A stretch of 32,000 nucleotides of DNA from contig NZ_RSDW01000001.1 in NCBI RefSeq assembly GCF_003945235.1, positions 5,520,001 to 5,552,000 on the forward strand, in the 5' to 3' direction. This document shows positions 19,923 to 27,542 of the stretch, one piece after another. Source of the stretch: Edaphobacter aggregans. GTDB lineage: Bacteria > Acidobacteriota > Terriglobia > Terriglobales > Acidobacteriaceae. Made by a program: the position numbers and the translations under genes. The notes under the pieces were generated by a model. It searched no databases. It had not been told where the DNA came from and was given only the letters and a program-made list of their open reading frames with translations. Numbering within the stretch: position 1 is the stretch's first letter; each line of letters begins with the position of its first letter.

Positions 19923-20654
19923 GTGACGCTAGTCAAACGAGGAGAGATATGGTGGTACGACTTTCAGTTCGGAAATCAACGAATACGGGAGTCCACTAAA
20001 TCGTCATCGAAGATCGTGGCCAAAGCCGCTGAGTAGCAAAGGCGGCGCGAGCTCGAACAGGGCTTTCACAACATTACTGAGATACGCGAAAACCGCATAC
20101 GGGTCTTACGGGATGTTGCGGCCAAATACTTGGATGATTACCGGCTGCGCTTCCGTGGCGTGACGTTTGCTGAATACGCTATCGGTCACGTGACCAGGCA
20201 TCTTGGAGATAAACTGCTGGTCGATATTGATGAAGCCGCCGTTCTGAGCTACCAGAGCTCGCGCCTCAAAGAGCTCGCTGCCCCTAAATCTGTCAATGAA
20301 GAGGTACGATTTCTTCTGACGATGATGGAGCAGCAGGGCGACGTGATTCGTGCCAGTCTTCGCAAGAAGAAAAAACTCAAGCTCCCGACCCGCAGAAAAA
20401 TTGGTAAAGCGTATGACGCCGACGAAACGCATAGGATGGGGCAGCTATCGAGAAAGTCCCGTTCTCCCCATATCTACCTTGCGCTAACCATGGCGCTCAA
20501 CGCAGGTATGCGCGATGCCGAAACGAAATCTCTCCAGTGGGGACGGGTACACCTCGATAAGAGATACCTGCAGGTAGGAAAGAGCAAGACTAATGCGGGA
20601 GACGGTCGCACTATCCCCATTAACTCGATACTGTATCAAGCTAAGGATTGCTGA
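19923..20654 (+). pseudogene. Tyrosine recombinase (phage-type integrase) remnant: in-frame TAG and 3' truncation
   Basis: GTG 19923 is preceded by GGAGAGGGAGGA. The sequence reads VTLVKRGEIWWYDFQFGNQRIRESTKSSSKIVAKAAE, then TAG (20034-20036), then QRRRELEQGFHNITEIRENRIRVLRDVAAKYLDDYRLRF… in the same frame. The core-binding region and first catalytic Arg box (ALNAGMRDAETKSLQWGRVHL) are present. The frame stops after …GRTIPINSILYQAKDC. There is no HxxR or catalytic Tyr region before the next gene at 20834. Confidence 0.85.
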
Positions 20655-20702
20655 AGTCGAGCGCGTTGGTTGATACGGATCGTGAGCGTGCTGCCGCTTG
20701 CT

Positions 20703-20723
20703 GAACATTTCGCCGAAATGTTC
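20703..20723. promoter_or_regulatory. 21-bp palindrome GAACATTTC-GCC-GAAATGTTC (candidate operator or hairpin)
   Basis: Perfect 9-bp arms at 20703-20711 and 20715-20723. It lies about 110 nt upstream of ATG 20834 and about 50 nt after the integrase remnant stop. TATTTA follows it. Confidence 0.3.
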
Positions 20724-20833
20724 TATTTACCGAGTGGTAATTTGACGGACTGACGACAGCACATCGGAAACCAAGTATTCTGGTGCGAATCCTAGTAGTA
20801 TTTTTCGAGAACGTCCTAGACCTTCGCCTGCCC

Positions 20834-22009
20834 ATGCCGAACCGCAAGTTGAACCCATCTTCCATTGTCAATATCGAGGATCTTCGCACAATGGCCGAGC
20901 GAAGAGTCCCCAGGTCGGTCTTCGACTATCTCGACGGTGGTGCGGATGCCGAGGTCACGCTGGCGGAAAACTGTCGCGCCTTTCGCGAAACAACGTTTCG
21001 TCCCCGCGGCGGGGTTGCGGTTTATAACTGCAAGACGACGGTGAGCGTGCTCGGCTACGAAATCGCTTTCCCTGCCATCCTTGCTCCCGTCAGCTATATC
21101 CGTTTGATGCATGCAGACGGCGAGGCAGGCGTGGCCCGAGCGGCCGGCCAGGCAGGTACTATCTACACTTTGCCGACCATTTCCGGGCACAAGCTGGAGG
21201 ATGTGAAGGCCGCCTCCACCGGTCCGCTCTGGTATCAGGTCTATCTGATCGGCGGTCGCCAGGCAGCCGAGGGCGCCATTGACCGGGCACGTCGCGCCGG
21301 CTACTCCGCACTGGTATTAACGCTCGATACTCCCTTGGCAGGCAAGCGCGAACGCGACCCGCGCAACGGCATGAAGGAACTTCTGGCGCCCGCACTGCTG
21401 CCAAAGGCACGCTTCCTTCCTAACATCCTCGCGCATCCCCGTTGGCTTGCGTCCTTCCTGCTTGATGGCGGAGTTCCAAAACTAGGGAATGTTGTGGTTC
21501 CAGGAAAAGGTCCGATGGACCTGGTCGATGTGGGAGCCGCGCTTTCACACGCGGGAGCGAGCTGGGAGGACCTGCGATGGATACGTGAGATGTGGCCGGG
21601 CCCCATTGTGGCCAAGGGACTCCTTACCGGCGATGACGCCCGGCGTGCTGTAGATGAAGGTGCTCAAGCGGTCGTTGTTTCGAACCACGGCGGACGGCAG
21701 CTAGACTGCGTCTCTGCTCCGCTCCATGCGCTGCCCGAGGTTGTGGAGGCGGTCGGTGGCCAAGTCGAAGTCCTGATGGACGGCGGGGTGCGCCGGGGCA
21801 GCGATATCGCTAAGGCGATTTGCCTCGGTGCTCGCGCTGTGTTGATCGGGCGGGCTTACGCCTATGGACTCGCCGCCGCGGGAGAGGCCGGTGTTGCTCG
21901 CGCAATCCAGATCCTGAAGGACGATCTCGATCTCACTCTCACCCTTTTGGGATGTGCGTCGATCGATCAGTTGGACGCAACGTATCTCGGCGCCGCACAC
22001 CGCCGATAA
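20834..22009 (+). CDS. FMN-dependent alpha-hydroxy-acid dehydrogenase/oxidase (L-lactate dehydrogenase / glycolate oxidase family)
   Basis: Start at ATG 20834 (MPNRKLNPSSIVNIEDLRTMAERRVPRSVFDYLDGGADAE). Family motifs are LWYQVY, LTLDTPLAGKRERD, VVSNHGGRQLD and DGGVRRGSDIAKAICLGA. Confidence 0.92.
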   Translation: MPNRKLNPSSIVNIEDLRTMAERRVPRSVFDYLDGGADAEVTLAENCRAFRETTFRPRGGVAVYNCKTTVSVLGYEIAFPAILAPVSYIRLMHADGEAGVARAAGQAGTIYTLPTISGHKLEDVKAASTGPLWYQVYLIGGRQAAEGAIDRARRAGYSALVLTLDTPLAGKRERDPRNGMKELLAPALLPKARFLPNILAHPRWLASFLLDGGVPKLGNVVVPGKGPMDLVDVGAALSHAGASWEDLRWIREMWPGPIVAKGLLTGDDARRAVDEGAQAVVVSNHGGRQLDCVSAPLHALPEVVEAVGGQVEVLMDGGVRRGSDIAKAICLGARAVLIGRAYAYGLAAAGEAGVARAIQILKDDLDLTLTLLGCASIDQLDATYLGAAHRR

Positions 22010-22217
22010 TTCAGACAACGATCCGCACCCGGGCGCAATCATTCAGGGCGACGTGCGGCAGAATCCGAAGCGGTGTTGAATTCCCGCAGCAGTTCAAGAG
22101 ATTTGTCCCCCCAAGTCGGCTTGTGTCCGGTGATCCCGCCGGTCTTGTTTCTGGATTGGCGACTTCAGGGCAATGCACTCACCGACCTATTCAGATCGAT
22201 CTGTGTTTTGGGCAAAT

Positions 22218-22354
22218 GGCCGAAAACCGGCTATCCGTTGAAGTGCTTGTGACGTAGTTCGTGGCTCCCAACTGTACGAGATGCCGACTATTCGGCAACT
22301 TGCCTTGAGATCATTTGTCGATGAGTGCATTGGCAATTTATCACCAATTGACGT
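22218..22354. repeat. Copy B (longest) of the dispersed mosaic repeat; internally an imperfect long palindrome
   Basis: 22263-22290 matches the reverse complement of 30098-30125 at 27/28 positions, or 32/37 with one gap over 22263-22298. AAAACCGGCTATC at 22223-22235 equals the reverse complement of 27912-27924. 22340-22353 equals 6087-6100. CCGAA 22220-22224 pairs with TTCGG 22291-22295, and further imperfect pairing lies between them. Confidence 0.6.
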
Positions 22355-22540
22355 GTGAGCATAGAGGGGCACAACTATTCGTAGTTTTCGAAAACACCGT
22401 TTTACGGGAAAGTGTCCATTAGCATGGCCAAACTATCTCTTCGCTATAACGGATTCTCGGTATTGATCGGTGGGCTCCCCGTGAACCATTTTCAGGATGG
22501 AAGCCTGAGAGCCATTCGAAATTGATGTTACTTCTACTTT

Positions 22541-22565
22541 AAAAAAGGCCCCATCTCGGAGGCCT
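22541..22565 (-). terminator. Intrinsic terminator downstream of the giant protein gene
   Basis: The minus strand reads AGGCCTC-CGAGAT-GGGGCCT followed by TTTTT. The stem is 7 bp including one G-U, and the loop is 6 nt. It lies 50 nt after stop 22615-22617. Confidence 0.6.
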
Positions 22566-22614
22566 CGATCCGTGCAGTGAGTAGATTCGATTTCGGCTAT
22601 AACATAACCGAAGT

Positions 22615-25600
22615 TTACTGGATGTTTACCTGTACGGGGATCATACTGGTAGTGTTCCCGCTCGTGGCATTGATTGAGATTGTTTTTGTACCTGTTTCCT
22701 TAAGGGTGTTTGACGAGGGGGAAGTGCTGCCACGGCTGCAACCGGACAGGTACAGCGTGGCAAGAAGCGACAGAGCAAATATGCTTGCGAGCCTCGGAAG
22801 ATGACGTCTGCCGCTCTGCATTCTTCTAAAGGTTACAAACAAGAGCGGAAGCATCAGCAGCCCTACCCAGGGGATCCAGAAAGAAGATAGCGTTACTGCG
22901 TTTGCTGTGATCGTCAACGACGCTGTACTGACGCCTCCCGCGTGAAGGCTCACCTGCGCGGGATGGAAGTTACAGCTCATCCCGAGAGGAAGACCGGTGC
23001 AACTCAGATTGATGGTACCGGCCATTCCAGCGAGCGAGGTAAGTTGCAGGGTGATTGGAGACGAGGCCAAACCGTAGCTCACGTCCATGCTAGCCGCCGA
23101 GGTCGACAGGTTGATGCCGGGAGCTGCTCCATAGACCGAGACTGTCGCGATCTTTGATTCGGACGCAGCATAGGGAGCTACGGTCGAATAGTCAGCCTGC
23201 AGAGTATGGTTTCCCAGCGCGACCGACGCACCGGGAATCGTCATGCTTGCCGTTCCCTGCGCCGTTATTGGAACCGCAGGCAGATAAGTACCGTCGAGCA
23301 CGAAGTACATGCTGCCCTTCGTGACCGGGTTGGCGTTGGAAGTGACAGTCGCCGAGAGAGCGAGATCCTGGCCAAGCACACTTGTTGCAGGTGGGGTCAG
23401 AGTTGTAATGGTCGGAGTCTCGGTCGAAGTTTTGGTCGGCGGGGCCGCACCGACGCCGCTCGAGAGATTTGCAGCGCAGATTGTGTCGTTTTGGTGGGAG
23501 CCCGGATCCTTGCTCGATGCGACCTGAAATGATCCTGAGAGGGGACCGGTAGGAACAACGAACTCTTCGACAGGGAGGTTCAAGCCGCTCGATGTGAAGA
23601 GAGAAGCCGCTAGCTGCGGGTCGATCGTGGCAATCGAAGGGTGGCTTCCTCCGGCCCCGGTGACAGTCCCTGCAATCACATAAGAGTCGACCGGCTGAGT
23701 GGCGAAGTTGTTGCTAAAGTATTGCGGAGTTCTACCCAGAGATGGAAACGAGGCGCTGATACCCGCGGGTGCAGGGGTAGGGTTTGTTTGAGGAGTGAGA
23801 TAGTAGGCGTAGCAGCTAGCGGCGCCCTCGTCATAATAGCCCATAGAAACGCCTGGTTCGACGCCTTGCCAGTAGTCAATGCGATAACCAAGGGAGGGTA
23901 GCAGCGCCAGATAGAAGCTGCGGGACGCTCCTTGGGTGAGCGCCTGAATGGCGACGTTCTGCGCCGCTTGATCCGGCGAGAAGAAGACAAGGTTGTTGGA
24001 ATCGACCGTCATCGGACCGATGGTCGACAAGCGGCCCCAGTCCGAGGTGATGCTGTCGGTCATGACATCGAAGCCGCTGCTCAACTGGCCTTGCAGGCTG
24101 CCTTGCGCAAGGGAACCGATGGTAGATGAGAAGGTGGCAAATGCGCTGGGGAGCGAACTACTTGTAGAACTGGACGTAATTTGTCCTGCGCCAGCTGCGA
24201 TAGAAGCTGCACCACCGATAGCAGTGGTGACGCCACCAAAGATTGTAGCGGCTTTAGAACCATCTGCAATTACACCGGCGACGGTCCCAAGTCCCGGGAC
24301 AGCAGACAGCAAAGATGAGACACCACCAATCATCGATACGATGTTCTGCCAGCTTGTCTTGACGACTGTTTGGGGTGGCGGAGGCTGAAGCTTGCTGCCC
24401 AGAATGGTTGACGCTGCCCCCGTAAGGGCTAAGCCCGCGTTGGTGCTTCCTCCGGCGATGACAGTTTTCATATTGTTTGAGCCAGTAACCAGAAACTGGA
24501 GCGTATTGGTTAGGTAGATGATCTCGCTCCGAAGTTGAGACTGGACAGCCAGAAAATCGTTTTGTGTGAAGACCAAAGGATTTGAATCGATCTGCGGGAT
24601 CGTGACTGTGCAGGTGTTGTTGGAGACAGTGGCGCAAGGATAGACATAAGGACCAGAGACGGTCGCAGGATTTGGCCATTGAATGGAGATGGGATCGTAG
24701 GTGTGGTAGTTGATCGCGGTGTTATACGAACCGGTAAAAAAGTAGTGGATGTCATCAAGGTGACTGCCTGTGACACCCTGTTGGTAGATATTGAGCAGGA
24801 CATAGCTGAGGTAGCGATAGGCTGCTACCTGTCCAGGAATACTGCTGGCTTTGATGCCACCCGCGGTGAGAAGCGTCGTCTGACTGCTGGAGGGCCAATC
24901 GACAGGCTGCTGTTGTGCAACCTCGGTTAAGGCAAACTCCGGACTCTTGTTTCCGCCCTTGACCACAAAGAGGGCCTGCGATTCCTGATTGGTCTGTTGG
25001 GGTGTAAAGAGGCCGTTCAAGTTACGTTGCATGATGCCGTGAACGAATCCGCTTTGTCCCTGTGCGCTGAGGTGGGTGGTCGATTCTACGCTGTTGCCGT
25101 TGAGGGGTCCTCCCATACCAGGACTCGTAATAAGTGTGTAGGCATCCCCAGAATTGAACAGGTACTGCACGAGATTGGGCTGGGCGCCAAAGGCCGAAAG
25201 CGCGTTAGCGAACTCAGTAAAGCCGTTGCTAGGGCCGCCATAGGTTCCATTGAAACCACCAACATTAAAGACATTGGGAGAGCTGCCTGCGTAAACGGGC
25301 TGACCAACGGTAGTCAGGAAAGCCATCTGCCATGTATTGATATTGCTAATATCCGAAGTAAGCTGGTTGAATGCAGCCGTCGAGGTGCTTGCATCGGAGC
25401 TTCCAGTGTTATAGAAAGTTCCACAATTGGGAACGTATTGAACGGATCCGTCAGGCGATTTATTCCCCCACGCGCAACTGTAGGGATACGTGGTCAAGGT
25501 ATTTCGAGAGAGCGTCAGCAGCCAGAATCCATTGTTGCCTGTTGGCGGAAGGTAGTCATACTCGATAGTGCCAGTGAGCGTTGGTTGCTTAGTGGTGATA

Positions 25601-26676
25601 ACGCTCGTCGTGTTCGGGGAGAGGTTAGCGGGATCGTTTGGCGAGACTGTGAACTCGAAGACCTCAGAGGATTGGAAGTTGTAATTTCCGTACGCGTCCT
25701 CCTGAAGCGTTCCATTGGCGAAGGGTGTTGTTGGTTCGTACCCTTTATTGAGTGAGTACCATTGTTCGTAGGCGGATTGGGGAGTGGCACCGGGCACTCC
25801 TATGGCCATGATGCCCGCCGGATAGACTGCACCGGGAACACTGGACTCGAGATATATAGAACCTCCAATATCGGTGAGATCCAGACCTGGATCGGGGGAT
25901 GCGTTTTGATTGCTTGCAAGAATGACAAGATCGGAAGTTGCGCCAGCCTTGTTAAGGCCGGAGAGATAGGTCTTGAGAGCGGCGGAGTTTGCGAAACATT
26001 GCGGTGAGGCTTCAGGAGCAGCCGTCTTTTCGACCAATGTCTGCCGATCAAGGACCACGGCCATGTAAATGGGCGACCCGCTGCAGTTCGCGGGCTGAAC
26101 GCTGGGATAACCCTGGGTTCCGACGATAAACCACGGATTGGTGGGATCGACCTGGCCGTTCCAGCCACCGTTATAGAGCGTCTTGAGCGTCAGAGTGGGC
26201 GGAAGAAACGGCGAAGTAATCCCGCCCGAAACAGGCTGTGCTTGCGGCGAGGTCAGTGCCATCGCTTTAAGTTGCGGTAGGGTTGAGGGCGAAGCGGACG
26301 AACTGATGCCATCGAATCGTAGACGCCCGGTCATTCCGCTACCTGCATTCACACTAAGCACGTTCTTTGCAACGCGAAAGCCATCGGCCTCGGCGAGCGT
26401 GGCAGTCTCGCACGTCGCACCATAGCAATCGGCAGCGGAAAAGCGAGAGCTTACCTCTCTTCCATTGAGGTGAATCTTTACGTCTCCGGCTGATCCGGGA
26501 ATACGGATGTTTACCAGGACACTCTGTGCGGTCACATTCGTGGCCTTGATTTGCACCTGCATGGGGGTGGTGGTGGATTGCACCTGCGACTGCGTCTGAG
26601 GCTGCGCCAGGGATGTCATGAAAAGGCCCGTCAACCACACAGCGAACGCGAATCTTAACATCAAATATTGCTTCAT
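22615..26676 (-). CDS. Giant orphan secreted/surface protein (1353 aa) with Ig-like domain(s) and C-terminal membrane anchor
   Basis: The start is placed at ATG 26676 (AAGGAGAA 5 nt upstream; MKQYLMLRFAFAVWLTGLFMTSLAQ signal), not at 26730. A Big_3-like Ig domain sits near the C-terminus (TPTITTLTPPATSVLGQDLALSATVTSNANPVTKGSMYFVLDG…HTLQADY…ATVSVYG). Two hydrophobic helices lie at the extreme C-terminus. About 1000 aa have no motif I recognise. Confidence 0.85.
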   Translation of the reverse strand: MKQYLMLRFAFAVWLTGLFMTSLAQPQTQSQVQSTTTPMQVQIKATNVTAQSVLVNIRIPGSAGDVKIHLNGREVSSRFSAADCYGATCETATLAEADGFRVAKNVLSVNAGSGMTGRLRFDGISSSASPSTLPQLKAMALTSPQAQPVSGGITSPFLPPTLTLKTLYNGGWNGQVDPTNPWFIVGTQGYPSVQPANCSGSPIYMAVVLDRQTLVEKTAAPEASPQCFANSAALKTYLSGLNKAGATSDLVILASNQNASPDPGLDLTDIGGSIYLESSVPGAVYPAGIMAIGVPGATPQSAYEQWYSLNKGYEPTTPFANGTLQEDAYGNYNFQSSEVFEFTVSPNDPANLSPNTTSVITTKQPTLTGTIEYDYLPPTGNNGFWLLTLSRNTLTTYPYSCAWGNKSPDGSVQYVPNCGTFYNTGSSDASTSTAAFNQLTSDISNINTWQMAFLTTVGQPVYAGSSPNVFNVGGFNGTYGGPSNGFTEFANALSAFGAQPNLVQYLFNSGDAYTLITSPGMGGPLNGNSVESTTHLSAQGQSGFVHGIMQRNLNGLFTPQQTNQESQALFVVKGGNKSPEFALTEVAQQQPVDWPSSSQTTLLTAGGIKASSIPGQVAAYRYLSYVLLNIYQQGVTGSHLDDIHYFFTGSYNTAINYHTYDPISIQWPNPATVSGPYVYPCATVSNNTCTVTIPQIDSNPLVFTQNDFLAVQSQLRSEIIYLTNTLQFLVTGSNNMKTVIAGGSTNAGLALTGAASTILGSKLQPPPPQTVVKTSWQNIVSMIGGVSSLLSAVPGLGTVAGVIADGSKAATIFGGVTTAIGGAASIAAGAGQITSSSTSSSLPSAFATFSSTIGSLAQGSLQGQLSSGFDVMTDSITSDWGRLSTIGPMTVDSNNLVFFSPDQAAQNVAIQALTQGASRSFYLALLPSLGYRIDYWQGVEPGVSMGYYDEGAASCYAYYLTPQTNPTPAPAGISASFPSLGRTPQYFSNNFATQPVDSYVIAGTVTGAGGSHPSIATIDPQLAASLFTSSGLNLPVEEFVVPTGPLSGSFQVASSKDPGSHQNDTICAANLSSGVGAAPPTKTSTETPTITTLTPPATSVLGQDLALSATVTSNANPVTKGSMYFVLDGTYLPAVPITAQGTASMTIPGASVALGNHTLQADYSTVAPYAASESKIATVSVYGAAPGINLSTSAASMDVSYGLASSPITLQLTSLAGMAGTINLSCTGLPLGMSCNFHPAQVSLHAGGVSTASLTITANAVTLSSFWIPWVGLLMLPLLFVTFRRMQSGRRHLPRLASIFALSLLATLYLSGCSRGSTSPSSNTLKETGTKTISINATSGNTTSMIPVQVNIQ

Positions 26677-26732
26677 TGCTTTTCTCCTTTGGATATTTCC
26701 AGTGGCTTGTGATCTTGTCAGTGTCAACATTG

Positions 26733-26761
26733 ATAATAAAGATGAATCTTGTCGTTGTCTA
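26733..26761 (-). promoter_or_regulatory. Sigma70-like promoter candidate for the giant protein gene
   Basis: The minus strand reads TAGACA-N17-TATTAT, with -35 at 26761-26756 and -10 at 26738-26733. The predicted 5' UTR to ATG 26676 is about 50 nt. Confidence 0.3.
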
Positions 26762-26890
26762 GATGCATGAAATAATTCTTTTTTTCTTTCCGCTGGCTTC
26801 AGCGGGTTTGATTGTTAGGAGACCCGAGAAGCGCCAGTTCCTAACGCGGATCATCGGCAGCTGCCACGAAGGCGCCTTCAAAATCATCTT

Positions 26891-26927
26891 TGCAATCTTG
26901 ACGCTGACCAGATTGCACGGCTAACAT
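26891..26927 (+). promoter_or_regulatory. Candidate TetR promoter with overlapping inverted-repeat operator
   Basis: TTGACG (26898-26903), an 18-nt spacer, then TAACAT (26922-26927). The ATG at 26934 is 7 nt after the -10 and has no SD, so the mRNA may be leaderless. The perfect inverted repeat TGCAATCT (26891-26898) / AGATTGCA (26910-26917) spans the -35 and spacer. Confidence 0.35.
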
Positions 26928-26933
26928 AGATTT

Positions 26934-27542
26934 ATGGCAACGAATCGAACACGTCAAAAAACTGATACCTATCATCATGGAGATCTGCGAAAGGCACTAT
27001 TGTTGTCCGCTGAGTCCATTCTGAAGCGCGAAGGACTAAGTGCATTATCTTTGCGGGCAACGGCGCGGGCTGCAGGAGTTTCACACGCTGCCCCTGCTCA
27101 TCATTTCCCAGACCTGTCTTCGTTGTTGAGCGCATTGGCAGCTGAAGGATTAGATCGCTTATCTGACAAGCTCGTCGAGGCCGCAAATAAGGGTGGCGAT
27201 ACACCGTTTGAACTAGCTAAAACATATATTGGATTCGCCAAAGCCAACCCTGCTCTGTTTCAATTGATGTCCGATCCGAGCCGCCTTGATTCCAAAAATC
27301 CGGTACTCCAAGCAGCCAGGAAACGGGGGATATCCGTTTTGGCCGGAACTCGTGGTGCAAGCATGGACAATCCAACCTTGGCTCAGGTCGGAGCGATGAC
27401 TGCAAACTGGGCGCTGATTCACGGATTGTCTCTTCTGTTATCGACTGGCCGGCTCGGAACACTTGTTCGCATAGCTCCAGAAGGAACAACAGAGATGGAT
27501 CTCATTGAGGCCGCGATCAACTCGATGAGACGACCGATTTGA
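26934..27542 (+). CDS. TetR/AcrR-family transcriptional regulator
   Basis: 202 aa. The N-terminal HTH is YHHGDLRKALLLSAESILKREGLSALSLRATARAAGVSHAAPAHHF. It is divergent from the giant protein gene across a 257-bp spacer. Confidence 0.9.
   Translation: MATNRTRQKTDTYHHGDLRKALLLSAESILKREGLSALSLRATARAAGVSHAAPAHHFPDLSSLLSALAAEGLDRLSDKLVEAANKGGDTPFELAKTYIGFAKANPALFQLMSDPSRLDSKNPVLQAARKRGISVLAGTRGASMDNPTLAQVGAMTANWALIHGLSLLLSTGRLGTLVRIAPEGTTEMDLIEAAINSMRRPI

Noticed and set aside
22040-22150. Short minus-strand frame …ITGHKPTWGDKSLELLREFNTASD…*, reminiscent of the C-terminus of NmrA/SDR-type NAD(P)-binding proteins.
   Set aside because: Only about 35 codons are open, with no upstream body. This is too short to call without a database alignment.
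26790-26805. Hairpin CCGCTG-GCTT-CAGCGG flanked by a T-run in the spacer between the giant gene and the TetR gene.
   Set aside because: The T-run precedes the stem on the plus strand and reads as an A-run after it on the minus strand. No upstream gene would terminate there, so it is not a credible intrinsic terminator. Its function is unknown.
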